64,000 nt of DNA from IMG/VR virus record IMGVR_UViG_3300021375_000011, positions 1 through 64,000 of that record. One strand, given 5' to 3'. Of this stretch, positions 28,608 to 39,427 are shown in pieces (the stretch's first letter is position 1; each line of letters opens with the position of its first letter). The notes beneath the pieces were generated by a model. That model did no database searches and was not told the DNA's origin. It was given only the letters and a program-made list of their open reading frames with translations. The translations under genes and the position numbers were made by a program. The DNA comes from a virus.

Positions 28608-29918
28608 TTAACTTAATACACCTAAATCTGTTGGCGATAATGTTGATCCCACAGGATCCATCATAGTGTATATTTGTCCAAGGCTTACTCCAAATGCATC
28701 TGTTGCACCAGATACAAACGGTGATTCTACACTGCCTGTTTGATCAAATTGTTTTGCCAAATCAAAGTTACCTTCACTACTTGGTAATGGTGTAACTGTA
28801 CAATTTGGAAATGATGATCCTCCTTCGCCGCCTCCAGATTGATCAACAAATGATAATGTGCCACTTCCGTTTGTTTGTAATACTTGCCCGCTCGAACCAT
28901 CTGCTGGTAATGTGTAGGTTACGTTTGTAGTTACTGTACCAGGTGCTTTGAATCCTATATAATTGCTACTATCAGTATCATATAGTAATAATGAGCTTGC
29001 ATCTTCTATTGACACATTGCCTGTTAAAGTTGATGTGCCGGCAACGGTTAAGTTTGTGCCGTTTATTAATTGTAAACTGTCAGACCTTAGTCTCATGTTA
29101 ATATTATTTGAACCTGCTTTTCTGTTTGCAAATTCTATAATACCGTCTTCTGAGCCATCACTTGCGTCTTGTATTTTTCCTGTGATTTTTGCATATACAA
29201 CTTCTTGGTCGGCATCATTTTCGCCTTTAAACTTCAACTGTCCTAAGTAATCTGCATCTGCTGGTGATGCACTGTTGCGTTTCATTGTAATGACTGGACC
29301 AGCACTGTTTGAATCTTCAGTGGTGGTTATTAACAAACTATCATCTGTTGTTGTATTAGTAAAAGTGGCAGTTGTCAACGCAGGAGTTAAACTTGGTGTG
29401 ATTGTTAGTGTATCAGTACTATCGTTAGTTGTTAATGCTACGTTGGTTCCGGCGACCAGTGTGAGTGTATCTCCAATCTGATCTGCTACAATACTGTTTT
29501 GACCTGACACTGCAAACGTACCATATGCGGCATTACCAGCTCGAACAAATGTCATTGTGGTTGAGCCAACTGTGATCGGATCGTCTGTTGTCAACTTCCA
29601 CTGTGTATCAGCGTAGGTAGTACCTTCGGTGATCATTATTATTGTGCCGGCTTTTATTTCGCCGGTTGCATCTGCATCTAAACTTCTTGCCCAAGTTCCG
29701 TTTGAACCTGCACCTACTGTGGTTACATAGTAGATTCCGTTTTCACTGCCTGTGGTTTGTGCAGTAACTAATACTCTGTCTCTTAGTGCTAGACTTGTTC
29801 CGTCAACTGTAGCTGGAGCACCGCCACTGAGTGTAACGTTAGCAACTGTAACTGCTCTAGCAGTTTGCTTGTAATCTATATCTTGTAGTTGATGGGCACG
29901 AGGCCTAGTTAATCCCAT
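28608..29918 (-). CDS. Tail fibre/structural protein
   Basis: DYKQTARA..DRVLVTAQTTGSENGIY..WARS fibre domain; Thr/Gly-rich; TAAATA at 28602 and 29939. Confidence 0.8.
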   Translation of the reverse strand: MGLTRPRAHQLQDIDYKQTARAVTVANVTLSGGAPATVDGTSLALRDRVLVTAQTTGSENGIYYVTTVGAGSNGTWARSLDADATGEIKAGTIIMITEGTTYADTQWKLTTDDPITVGSTTMTFVRAGNAAYGTFAVSGQNSIVADQIGDTLTLVAGTNVALTTNDSTDTLTITPSLTPALTTATFTNTTTDDSLLITTTEDSNSAGPVITMKRNSASPADADYLGQLKFKGENDADQEVVYAKITGKIQDASDGSEDGIIEFANRKAGSNNINMRLRSDSLQLINGTNLTVAGTSTLTGNVSIEDASSLLLYDTDSSNYIGFKAPGTVTTNVTYTLPADGSSGQVLQTNGSGTLSFVDQSGGGEGGSSFPNCTVTPLPSSEGNFDLAKQFDQTGSVESPFVSGATDAFGVSLGQIYTMMDPVGSTLSPTDLGVLS

Positions 29919-29959
29919 TGTGTATCCTTATATGAACGTATTTATCAGAAAATGTATTC

Positions 29960-29986
29960 AAAAAAATAGCACCCGAAGGTGCTATT
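29960..29986 (-). terminator. Intrinsic terminator with UUCG loop
   Basis: Minus strand AATAGCACC-TTCG-GGTGCTATT followed by a T tract; identical to the hairpin at 41512-41541. Confidence 0.85.
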
Positions 29987-30004
29987 CTTAAATTTGTTTA
30001 TGAT

Positions 30005-33000
30005 TTACATCATTAATGCTAGTACCTCGATAACAGCATCTCCACCTTCGTTGGATTCGATTGCTTTACCAATCACTGTACCAATTGCTGGACTGTTGTT
30101 TGCCATTGCTCTACCATTTCCTGCACTAACCATTAAGTCACCAGCCGCTACTGCGCCTGTTACTTTAGTTGGTACACGTCCTGCTATTGCTAATGCAGTA
30201 CCTTCTTGATCACCGTTCATCAAGTAACCAGGATTTGTAGAAACAATACCTGCTACTGCATGATGATTTGCATCGCCACATTCTGCAACTTTGCCTTCAC
30301 CTGCAAAACATACAACTGTACCTGCTTCAATTTCTGCATCTGAAGCATACATCTCAGCCAAGTCAGCGTATTTTGCTGTAGAAGCAAGAGTAGTTGTATT
30401 AGTAACTGCTAATGTTTCTGTACTAGGATTAAAGGTTAAAGTATTACCATCATATAGAACTGCTGTCAATGCACCAGAAGTTGTTGGGGCAAAGTATAAG
30501 TTGAATGCAGTATTAGAAGCGGTATCTTGTGATACTGTAGCACCCGCTGCTGCGAATGATAAGTTACCACTTGAGTCTGTTACCAGTGCTTGTCCACTTG
30601 TACCATCAGCAGTTGGCATTCTAAATGCAACACTGTTTGATGTTAACACAAGTCTTGAAGCATTTGAGGCAATACTTTCAGCGGCATCGTTAAACTGTAT
30701 TGCTCTAGTGCTGTTAAGTAATATACCTGTGTCTGCAACGTGAGTTAATGTTACGTCTTGATCTGCACCCATTTGTATTGTACTTGCATCTGCAAGGAAC
30801 AAGTCTGCCCACTCTAATGTTGCTGATCCAAGTGCACCACCGTCAGCAGCTGATGGTGTAAGTGCTCCTGTTATTGCAACTCGAGCTGCTCCATCTACTG
30901 CTTCAATAACAGCAGTTGTATCAGAGTTTGCAAGAGATGTAATAGTTGTTGTAGTAGTAATTTTTCTAACTTCAATTGCATCACCTGATAGCGGAGCTTC
31001 AGTAAATGTTAATGTTGTACCGGATACAGCATAAGCAGTTGTTGGTAACTGTACCACACCGTTTATGGATACTATACAACTTGCAGTTGTTTGTGCTTCA
31101 CTGAGTGTAAATGCTACAGTTGAATTATCACCTGCAAATGCCTGTGTTGCAATAACTGTAAAGTCACTACCAGCTGTTGTCCAAGCTGCTGAATCATAGA
31201 ATTCAAACGCATCAATGGATGTATTAAAACGTATCATACCAGTTGCGGCAGTTGGTCTTTGTGCAGTTGTTCCAACCGGAATCAGTATCGAATCTGTACT
31301 AGAAACTTTAAGTGTTGCACCTGTTGTTGCAGTTGCAGTTCCAATTAATACAGTGTCTGAACCAGCATCTGTTCTAAACAAGTTTGCATCGCCGTTACCT
31401 TCAACAACAAAGTCTAAGTCTGCTGATGCTTGGTTAACAGTAATTGCTGCACCTGATGAGTCAATGTCGTTACCACTTATGGTAAGTCCACTGTCTGATG
31501 TATATGAAACAGAACTTAATGCACCTGAAAAGTCACCAATAGCACCGGTTACGTTACCTGCTATTACGTTTCCTGCACCAGTTGTAACGTTACCACTTGT
31601 AGTAAGTGTTGTTACACTTGCAATAGCACCTGATGTGATAGTTGCAACGCCGTCTGTTATTGTAGCACCTTGTACTGTACCAGTAGCAGTAAAACTGTCA
31701 CCGTTAGCAACACCAATATTTGGAGTTGTTAGGTTGGCACTTGTCTTAACAATAACTGCATCGCCTGATATAGCAGTTGTTACATCATCAACGTTGACAC
31801 TTAATGTATCACCTGTTTTTGCTAAACCAGCACCTGCAGTAATTTGACCAGCACCTGAGAACTGTGTAAAGTTAATTGCAGTAGTACCCATTGTTACCGG
31901 AGCGTTTGTTGTACAAACAAAACCGTTATCAGCGTTAGTAGTACCTTCTTCAACAAATACGAATGCACCTGGAATTTCACTAGCTGGTGAACCATCCATG
32001 TCGCCTGCTCTTGTTAGTACGAAAGCTGCACCTACTGCACCAATTGATGTACAAACATAGATACCGTTTTGTAAAGCGGCTGCTTGGTTCTGAACAAGTA
32101 GTCTTTCACCGGCTACCATGGTAACACCGTCAATTGCGGCTAATACACCGTTTGCGTCAGCTGTTAATGTAGCACCGACACCAGATGTACCGTTGTCGTA
32201 TGTCACTGCTGGTAATACAGCAGTTGTAGCGGCAACAACTGATTCTTTGATGTCTAAGCCTTCAGCAACTGAGTCAACATATGCTTTGTTGGCTGCGTCT
32301 GTAGTAGCAGTTGGAGTAGCAACTCCACTAACTCTTTTACCTGACACTGCAACAGTACCTGTTCCTGTTGGAACAATTGTTACTGTATCGTCTGTACCTG
32401 TAGCAGTAATTGTTATTGCGGCACCTTCTACGTCTGGAGTACTAACTTTTGTAGTTCCTGTAACAGTACCTGAAAATGTACCGTTTACTGCACTAGTGAG
32501 AGAACCTGAAGCAAGACTTGCAACACCATCTGTTAGTGTAGCACCTTGTATTGTTCCTGAACCAGTTACGTTTACTAGTCCTGAAGTAATACTTCCTGAT
32601 GCCATTGTAGCAGTACCATCTGTGATAGATCCACCTTTTACTTCACCAACTGCTGTAACTTTTGCACCAGTGGTTATGTTACCACCTGCTACGTTTCCAG
32701 TTGCAGTAATTGTTGTAACTGCTGATATGGAACTTCCTGCATTTATTGCACCAGAAGCATTCAATGTAGTTGTTACGTTACCTGATGGAGCAAGGTTAAC
32801 CATTGTGATGTCTTTGAACTGTGAATCAACTAAACTTGCTAGTGTGATTGCAGTACCTGTACCATCGTCTGTTGTTAGACCTGCTTTAAATGTATCGTCT
32901 GTTTCGTCAAAAATCCATGCAACGTTGTTTGAATCTCCACGCTCTCCAATAAAACCAATGTCCTTTGATGGTACACCAGTTTCGTTTTTAGCAAGAAGAA

Positions 33001-33205
33001 TTACCGGATCTTCAATCACTGTGTTAACTGTATCCAACGCTGTGGTTGTTCCGTTAACGGTTAAGTTTCCTGTGACAGTAAGGTTACTACCATAGGTTAA
33101 GTCTGCTGCCAGTTTACCTGCGGTAATCGATGCATCAACTAACTTAGCCGACGCGACAATCGTTGCATCCGTAATCTGGTTATTTTTAATTCTTGTAATA
33201 GGCAT
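30005..33205 (-). CDS. Long tail fibre protein
   Basis: 1066-aa Thr/Gly/Ala-rich ORF with DAANKAYVD, ERLLVQNQ..QNGIY and PVGTTAQRP motifs. It has the same C-terminal YADLAE domain as 27681..28583. Confidence 0.85.
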   Translation of the reverse strand: MPITRIKNNQITDATIVASAKLVDASITAGKLAADLTYGSNLTVTGNLTVNGTTTALDTVNTVIEDPVILLAKNETGVPSKDIGFIGERGDSNNVAWIFDETDDTFKAGLTTDDGTGTAITLASLVDSQFKDITMVNLAPSGNVTTTLNASGAINAGSSISAVTTITATGNVAGGNITTGAKVTAVGEVKGGSITDGTATMASGSITSGLVNVTGSGTIQGATLTDGVASLASGSLTSAVNGTFSGTVTGTTKVSTPDVEGAAITITATGTDDTVTIVPTGTGTVAVSGKRVSGVATPTATTDAANKAYVDSVAEGLDIKESVVAATTAVLPAVTYDNGTSGVGATLTADANGVLAAIDGVTMVAGERLLVQNQAAALQNGIYVCTSIGAVGAAFVLTRAGDMDGSPASEIPGAFVFVEEGTTNADNGFVCTTNAPVTMGTTAINFTQFSGAGQITAGAGLAKTGDTLSVNVDDVTTAISGDAVIVKTSANLTTPNIGVANGDSFTATGTVQGATITDGVATITSGAIASVTTLTTSGNVTTGAGNVIAGNVTGAIGDFSGALSSVSYTSDSGLTISGNDIDSSGAAITVNQASADLDFVVEGNGDANLFRTDAGSDTVLIGTATATTGATLKVSSTDSILIPVGTTAQRPTAATGMIRFNTSIDAFEFYDSAAWTTAGSDFTVIATQAFAGDNSTVAFTLSEAQTTASCIVSINGVVQLPTTAYAVSGTTLTFTEAPLSGDAIEVRKITTTTTITSLANSDTTAVIEAVDGAARVAITGALTPSAADGGALGSATLEWADLFLADASTIQMGADQDVTLTHVADTGILLNSTRAIQFNDAAESIASNASRLVLTSNSVAFRMPTADGTSGQALVTDSSGNLSFAAAGATVSQDTASNTAFNLYFAPTTSGALTAVLYDGNTLTFNPSTETLAVTNTTTLASTAKYADLAEMYASDAEIEAGTVVCFAGEGKVAECGDANHHAVAGIVSTNPGYLMNGDQEGTALAIAGRVPTKVTGAVAAGDLMVSAGNGRAMANNSPAIGTVIGKAIESNEGGDAVIEVLALMM

Positions 33206-33354
33206 GTTGTGTTTTCTCCGCTTTCTTAAGAAAAATTATTTCCAAAGTGCTACGGTCATTTGCCACCGACACACTCTTATGATAATATTTACCGGTGGGT
33301 GTAATTTTTAATCTATGGTGAAAAAGAAGGTTTAAGGGTATAACAGACTAGATC

Positions 33355-34623
33355 TTAGGCCGCCGAAATTGTTCCATCAAAGCGAACTTGTTGCCAGTTT
33401 GAACCGTTATATACGGCCAAGCAAGGTGCCCCACCATTGCCATTGCTGACATAAATCAATTGTCCAGCGGCTTTGTTACTGAGTGCATTTGCCTGTGCAA
33501 CTGTGTATATTGGCAATTGTAAACTGTGTACTGTTGCAAATTGTGCGACTCCATTTGCATCAACCTCAATAAAATCACCTGTGCCGTTTGTGATGCTGGT
33601 TACAGTAGTTAACGTACTAATACTACGTACTTCAATAGCATCGCCAGCAGATGGTGCTTCTGTAAAAGTCAATGTTGTGCTTGACACTGCATAAGCAGTT
33701 GTTGGTGTTTGCACTGTACCATTTATACTAACAATAACACTTGCAGTAGTAGCCGCGGCGTTAAGTGTAAATGCAACTGTTGAATTATCACCTGAGAAAC
33801 TTTGACTTGTGATACTGTCATTTGAACCAACTGTTGACCATGCAGAGCCATTATAAACTTCTACGCCAGTGGTTGTGGTATTGAATCTCAAATCTCCAGC
33901 AGTTGGAGTTGTTGGTCTTTGTGCAGTGGTTCCTACTGAAATGTTCAGAGCAGTTGTATTATTAATTTCAACTGTGCCTTGTCCGGTTGTGGTGAATCCT
34001 ATATCACTTCCGGCATTATTAGTACTGAAAGTTGTATCAGTAACAGTTAGGTTTCCAATACCAGTTCCGCCGCCTACACCAAATGGTCCAACGTATCTAG
34101 CACCAACAATATAAACTGCTTTACCGGTAATGCCAGCCGCAATTTGACTAGGAATATTAGCGCCGTTAAAGTTAAGCACACCCGCTTGATAATCAAAGAA
34201 CCATCCATCTTCGTTACCTGAGCCTGCTTGGAATAGCTGTGTTCCGCCTGTTTGTGGATCAGTTGATCCTGTGTCATCAACATAAACTTTTACCAAATAA
34301 GTTGATCCAAATTCAGTTGGTATCCAATCAGTGGCATTTGTTTTCCATGTTTGGTTGTCCGGAGCAGTTAAATCTTCTGTACACTCAACAGTTGCACTAC
34401 CGCCTACGGCATCTTGATATATTTGTACAATAGAACTAGTAGCGGCTGGTTTTACACCAGGTATACTACCTGAACTTTGCCATACTTTATCCCCACGCAT
34501 CAACAGTGGTGATGGAATACTTTCGTTGAACGCTTCTTTGTTAGCCGGGGGTGCAGTTTTTGCAACTCCGAATCCTAGTTTCTTCCATAAGAAGTCAACT
34601 TTGGTGCTATCTGCTAATGCCAT
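33355..34623 (-). CDS. Tail fibre/baseplate structural protein
   Basis: KVDFLWKK..WFFDYQAGVLNF..GARYVG head domain, plus VGTTAQRP and FSGDNST modules. Confidence 0.8.
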   Translation of the reverse strand: MALADSTKVDFLWKKLGFGVAKTAPPANKEAFNESIPSPLLMRGDKVWQSSGSIPGVKPAATSSIVQIYQDAVGGSATVECTEDLTAPDNQTWKTNATDWIPTEFGSTYLVKVYVDDTGSTDPQTGGTQLFQAGSGNEDGWFFDYQAGVLNFNGANIPSQIAAGITGKAVYIVGARYVGPFGVGGGTGIGNLTVTDTTFSTNNAGSDIGFTTTGQGTVEINNTTALNISVGTTAQRPTTPTAGDLRFNTTTTGVEVYNGSAWSTVGSNDSITSQSFSGDNSTVAFTLNAAATTASVIVSINGTVQTPTTAYAVSSTTLTFTEAPSAGDAIEVRSISTLTTVTSITNGTGDFIEVDANGVAQFATVHSLQLPIYTVAQANALSNKAAGQLIYVSNGNGGAPCLAVYNGSNWQQVRFDGTISAA

Positions 34624-37600
34624 TAGGTTTGTACTCCTACGCTAACGCTGGTAAGAGTTTGGCCACTTGCTAATGCAATACGCACTAGTATATTATTTCC
34701 TGTTGCATTTGAACTGTTTGCACTTCCTAGTGTCATTGTGTACGCACTGCTCAAAGCACTGCCGGTTGGTATTACGTCTGCACCAGTTAATGCACATCCG
34801 TTTCCGCCGTTACCGCCATTGCCTGTGTCTGCACCTGGAACTCCAGCACCTGCGTACTGTGTAGTGCCTTCTACCCATCCATTGAGTGTACTTGCACTAT
34901 CAATAGCAGTTCCTGGACTAGCAATCCATAAGCCTGTAATACCAGTTGAACTGTTCAAAGTTATATCAAAGTTAGCAACTGTTGCTCGTCTAAAAGCAAA
35001 GGTAAGATACTGTGTGCCAGATCTATTTGTATTCAAATCTGGACCGGCTGGCAAGTATCCACTGCTTAAATTTGTTGTAAAATGTTTGACTGTTCCCCAA
35101 CGTACTATTGCTTCTGTTGTTCCTGCAACTGTGGCCGCACCTGTAAATGCGTTTGCGGTATAAAAGTTCGTTGCACTATTATAACTTGGAGTGTCTGCGG
35201 CACTGCCAAATCCTGTTACACGCTTTCCATCATCATCAAACACGCTTCCAAGTGCATCTGCTACTGGAATGTTTTCTTCGTCAAATCCAGTTAAACTTGC
35301 ACTATAAACCTGTATGTACTTGTTGGTAAGGTTAACAACACTACTTGAACCGTTAACATTGAACATTTGTGCATCAAGATAACCTACTGCTCTTGCACTT
35401 CCATTTATGCTGACAATAATAGCACCTAGTGTATATGCACTGCCTACGCCTGTACTAGCATTTGGAATACCACCGGTAAGATATGTTGGTGAACCATCAA
35501 TATCACCATATGTTTTTGTCTGTGTGTTAATAAGACTGCCCGATGTGCTTTCTGCAAGTGTTCCTGTTGTTGCCTGCCAAGGGTTAGTCATATTTCTATA
35601 TGTTTGTCCGACAAAGTTTGTTACTGTTAAACCCGTAATAGTAACTGCTGGTGATCCTGTGTTGTAATAAGGCACACCTGAAATATATCTATAGGTTCCT
35701 GCAGTGCTTTCTGCTATTGTTGCACTGCCTTGTCCAACAGTTGGCACACTGGTCATGTCATCTTTTACAAATCCAACTGTGTTCGTACCGCCGGCAGTTG
35801 AGTGTATTAGACTTGTATCATTGTATCCTACACTTATTCCGCTGGTTGCCTTTGATACACGTGCATCAAATACTTTTGCAAATCCTGTTGGATATGTGCT
35901 GGCACTGATTTCGTTGTGTGCATCACCGTCGTTAACCACAACCAAGTCTGTGTAAGTTCCTGCGCCATCTCCGCCAGCAGTAAATGTTACTGCTCCACTT
36001 GCACTATTGTTAAATGTTGCAGTTAGTGTTCCTGAAATTGCAGTGTTTGCATCAGTCACTGTGCTTGTAACAATTGGATCAGCAGTTGTGTAACGTGTTA
36101 CACTACTACCATTTGCAGGTATGTTGCCACTACTTCTATCAGTCGCTCCTGCCGCCAATAGTGGAGAAGTGCCTTGGCTACCTGTTGACATACTAAGTGT
36201 TTTTGAACTTAGTGCTCCAGGTGCAGCTGGATTGGCTTTTATTGTAATAAAATTTGTTTTTGTTTCTGTGTCAGTTTGTGCAATCGTATCTGGTGTACCT
36301 GATGACACCAATGCTACTGTAAAACTTGCTACACTACCATAACTGTTTGTTATGTTGGCCGCTCCTGGTGTACCTGCTCCGGTTGTGATATCACCAGTTG
36401 TGTTGCCATCTCCAAACGTAAAATTTGTTGTTGTAACGTTTTGACTTGTGTTTTGAAATGTAACTAATCCTCGATCAGTTTCTACTCCTGATCTATAGTC
36501 TGTAAACAAGTAACCGTCTTGTGCATCATCGCCTGTTCTATCACTGACTGTTACTAACGTACCTGTGAAGATACTGCGTATGTCTGGTTCAACTGCTATA
36601 GCAATGTTGGCAGCATTGAATGGACTGCTTGAGTGTCCTGTTAGAGTAGATAGTTGAACTGCATAAGTTGCGGTGGTACCAGCGGCTTGTTGTCCACTGC
36701 TCAATGCGAACGTATGATTTAGAGTTGATCCTGGATTACCCGCTACACCTGATTGTATATTGACAGTGTTTACATTACCATCGCCCCACGTCCATCTGTA
36801 TTTTTGACCACTACCAAATATCGCAGTTGTTCCAGGATCGGTAGCAGTACTGTTTGTAAATTGTACAACACCACCTGAAGTTGCTTCTTGGTTAACCACA
36901 CGAACTACGTTGGCACTTGATAGAGTTGTTTGTGGAGTAAACACACTTATAACAGTCGGTGCACTTGTTACTGATACAGGACTAGCACCAGCAGTATTTG
37001 ATACACCGGTAAGCACAATGTTGTATTGTGTGTCTCCACCTGTGTTGTTATATGTATTACTTACAGTTGTAAAATCTGTTGCCGGTTGTACGTTTGCACC
37101 TTGTCCCCAACTTAGATCAAAACTGGTTGTAACAAACTGACTTGTGTTTGTTATAGTTGCAGTAGCACCTGTGTCTATTGTGCTATCATCAAGTGTAAAA
37201 CTTGGTATAGGCGTTGGAGTAAACAATGTAATATAATTTGTTCTTGTAAAACTGTCAGCACTTCCTTTTGCACCAGCGGATATGTCACCTCCATGTGTTC
37301 CGTTTGTATTTTTAGCAGTAAAACTTACTGTAAATTGTCCACCAGAGGCATTGTTATATGTATGTGATGGATTTTGCGAAGTTGAAGTATTGCCATCACC
37401 AAAGTTCCATTCAAAACCATTTGCATTTCCAATAAATGTACCAGTGAAGTTCACAGTTGTTGGCGAAGGTCCGCTGGTTGGTGTGCCTACAAAACTTGCT
37501 TGTCCAACATATTTGTTATTTGCAATGTTTAAGGCAACTTGGTTGAGATCGTCGATACCAGTTGTTACCTTTGTTGTGGTTGTCCAACCGTCATATGCAA

Positions 37601-38009
37601 CGTCTGGTCCAGATATATTGCCATCAGCTGGTGTGCCAAGATTTATTGTATTACCTTGTACGGATGCTATGTTTGCACCAGTTGTCCAACTTAACGTGCC
37701 GCTACCGTTTGTTGTAAGTACCTGCCCATTGCTTCCGCCAGTGATTGTAACGGCAGTCATTGCACCTAAATTTACTGCACTGCCACTTAAATTTAACGTG
37801 CTTTCAGACGTCAATGCGTTTCCAGCAAGTGTCAGATTTGCAATTTTAGCCGTACCCGGAGCATGTAAAGGTTGTGCAGGTGTAGCCGTTCCAATACCCA
37901 CACGATTGTTGGTCACATCAATGAACAATGTGCTAGTGTCGACTGCTAGATTGGTTGTTCTTTCAAGATTGTCTGCGAGTGCTTTACCGGTGACTCTTGC
38001 AATGGCCAT
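34623..38009 (-). CDS. PKD-domain tail fibre/adhesin-like structural protein
   Basis: PKD signatures WNFGDGNTSTSQNPSHTY, WTWGDG and FTFGDG; NNRVGIGTATP; TAAATA at 38035. Confidence 0.85.
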   Translation of the reverse strand: MAIARVTGKALADNLERTTNLAVDTSTLFIDVTNNRVGIGTATPAQPLHAPGTAKIANLTLAGNALTSESTLNLSGSAVNLGAMTAVTITGGSNGQVLTTNGSGTLSWTTGANIASVQGNTINLGTPADGNISGPDVAYDGWTTTTKVTTGIDDLNQVALNIANNKYVGQASFVGTPTSGPSPTTVNFTGTFIGNANGFEWNFGDGNTSTSQNPSHTYNNASGGQFTVSFTAKNTNGTHGGDISAGAKGSADSFTRTNYITLFTPTPIPSFTLDDSTIDTGATATITNTSQFVTTSFDLSWGQGANVQPATDFTTVSNTYNNTGGDTQYNIVLTGVSNTAGASPVSVTSAPTVISVFTPQTTLSSANVVRVVNQEATSGGVVQFTNSTATDPGTTAIFGSGQKYRWTWGDGNVNTVNIQSGVAGNPGSTLNHTFALSSGQQAAGTTATYAVQLSTLTGHSSSPFNAANIAIAVEPDIRSIFTGTLVTVSDRTGDDAQDGYLFTDYRSGVETDRGLVTFQNTSQNVTTTNFTFGDGNTTGDITTGAGTPGAANITNSYGSVASFTVALVSSGTPDTIAQTDTETKTNFITIKANPAAPGALSSKTLSMSTGSQGTSPLLAAGATDRSSGNIPANGSSVTRYTTADPIVTSTVTDANTAISGTLTATFNNSASGAVTFTAGGDGAGTYTDLVVVNDGDAHNEISASTYPTGFAKVFDARVSKATSGISVGYNDTSLIHSTAGGTNTVGFVKDDMTSVPTVGQGSATIAESTAGTYRYISGVPYYNTGSPAVTITGLTVTNFVGQTYRNMTNPWQATTGTLAESTSGSLINTQTKTYGDIDGSPTYLTGGIPNASTGVGSAYTLGAIIVSINGSARAVGYLDAQMFNVNGSSSVVNLTNKYIQVYSASLTGFDEENIPVADALGSVFDDDGKRVTGFGSAADTPSYNSATNFYTANAFTGAATVAGTTEAIVRWGTVKHFTTNLSSGYLPAGPDLNTNRSGTQYLTFAFRRATVANFDITLNSSTGITGLWIASPGTAIDSASTLNGWVEGTTQYAGAGVPGADTGNGGNGGNGCALTGADVIPTGSALSSAYTMTLGSANSSNATGNNILVRIALASGQTLTSVSVGVQT

Positions 38010-38049
38010 TAATTACTATCCTTAAACTTTGCAGTATTTATCGCAGTTG

Positions 38050-38463
38050 TTAAGGCGTGTTGCCAACACCGTGTATTACGTTGATAGGTTCAGCGGCTAA
38101 TGGTGCAGAACTAAAGGTAATGTCGTTGCCACTGCCTGTAATGGTATAAACACCAGTTGGTTGTTGGTAGATATTTGAAACAAAAACAATTACCTGATCG
38201 GCTGCACTTGCGGCAGTGCTTAGTGTAAATGTAAGTGTTGAGTTGTCGCCAGTGAAACTGTCTACAGTTATGTTGGCTTCACCCGAGTTTGCTATTGCAG
38301 TATATTGTGAGCCATTAAAAAATTCTAAATTGTTATTGCTGGTGTTATATCTAAAAACGCCAAATACTGGATTTGCAGGACGTTCAGCAGTAGTCCCGCC
38401 GGGAACAACAACTCCAGCTTCTCCACTTTGGATTATTCTATTTTTTAGAAATGTGCCTGCCAT
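38050..38463 (-). CDS. Small fibre-associated structural protein
   Basis: PGGTTAERP..FRYNT and SFTGDNST..YQQP modules shared with neighbouring fibre genes. Confidence 0.75.
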   Translation of the reverse strand: MAGTFLKNRIIQSGEAGVVVPGGTTAERPANPVFGVFRYNTSNNNLEFFNGSQYTAIANSGEANITVDSFTGDNSTLTFTLSTAASAADQVIVFVSNIYQQPTGVYTITGSGNDITFSSAPLAAEPINVIHGVGNTP

Positions 38464-38464
38464 C

Positions 38465-38779
38465 CTAGATAGCCGTAAATGATACTACTGAATTTATTCC
38501 AGAGGCTGAACTCGCAATAACTTGAATTGTATCGCCATTTGCAAGCAGTAGTTTTTCGCCACCTGTGTATAATTGATAACTGTCAGTGGCTGCAATACTC
38601 AGTGTTTTTGCAACTAAGTTTGTTGTGGTTAAACTATCTCCGCTTGGTATTACATGAATATCAACAGTTAATGCACCAGCAGTTTCATTTGTTAATTGCA
38701 TATAAGTGATTGCAGTATTGTTGGTACTTGTGTATACTGTTGTGGCACTGTTTGATACGGCAGTTGTTTGTATTGTCAT
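38465..38779 (-). CDS. Small beta-sandwich structural protein
   Basis: TTVYT..LTN..EKLLLANGDTI motif typical of T4-like virion proteins. Confidence 0.75.
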   Translation of the reverse strand: MTIQTTAVSNSATTVYTSTNNTAITYMQLTNETAGALTVDIHVIPSGDSLTTTNLVAKTLSIAATDSYQLYTGGEKLLLANGDTIQVIASSASGINSVVSFTAI

Positions 38780-38788
38780 TTGTTTTCC

Positions 38789-39427
38789 TTAAAATATAAT
38801 TCCAAAAACAATAGCCTTGCTTTTGCTTACTAGTTCATCTGTTGTTGTATCGTCTACAAAGTAAACGCCTGTTCCGCCACTTCCAGCAATCCCGCCATGT
38901 AACACCGTGGTATTTGTTACTGCACCTGGAGCGGCACTGTCTTTGAGTTGTAATCCTGTGCTGATATTTACATTTCCGGTTAGGTTCAACTGACTAGTGT
39001 CTGTAAATGTCATATTTGCACTAGCACCAAATGCACCCGAATTGTTGAACTGTACTTGTGTATTTGCTCCTGCAACTGATCCAGATACAGCAGTTCCAAT
39101 TTCACTCCAAGTACCAGTTTCACCAGTGCTACCTGTGCTTGTGCTTAGTTCCCATTTATTGTCATTGGTATTATAACGAATGCCAGCAAATGTTGTAGCT
39201 GTTTTATGTGTTAACAATCCAGCATTACTTGCATAAGTTGAAGTGTTACTCATGTTAACCATAACAAAAGGATCTTTTACATCCAATTGTTCTGTATTGA
39301 TATATGTAACGTTACCGTTGACAGTTAGGTTACCGTCAATTTCTGTGTTACTGGCAATATGAACCATATCAGTCGCATTTATGGTTTCAATATAATAGTC
39401 GCCGTCAATTCTTTTCTTTGTGTTCAT
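38789..39427 (-). CDS. Fibre-like structural protein
   Basis: GNLTVNGNVT..VKDP, GANTQVQFNNSGAFG and ELVSKSKAIVFGIIF motifs. Confidence 0.75.
   Translation of the reverse strand: MNTKKRIDGDYYIETINATDMVHIASNTEIDGNLTVNGNVTYINTEQLDVKDPFVMVNMSNTSTYASNAGLLTHKTATTFAGIRYNTNDNKWELSTSTGSTGETGTWSEIGTAVSGSVAGANTQVQFNNSGAFGASANMTFTDTSQLNLTGNVNISTGLQLKDSAAPGAVTNTTVLHGGIAGSGGTGVYFVDDTTTDELVSKSKAIVFGIIF

Noticed and set aside
28040-30617. Duplicated fibre segments as a DGR template/variable repeat pair
   Set aside because: Both copies are coding, the differences look mostly synonymous and not adenine-specific, and there is no reverse transcriptase in the window.
30291-38025. Long plus-strand ORFs (e.g. 31215-31847, 32118-33095, 37282-38025) opposite the fibre genes
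   Set aside because: These are antisense shadows caused by the codon bias of Thr/Gly/Ala-rich genes; they have no RBS or recognisable motifs.
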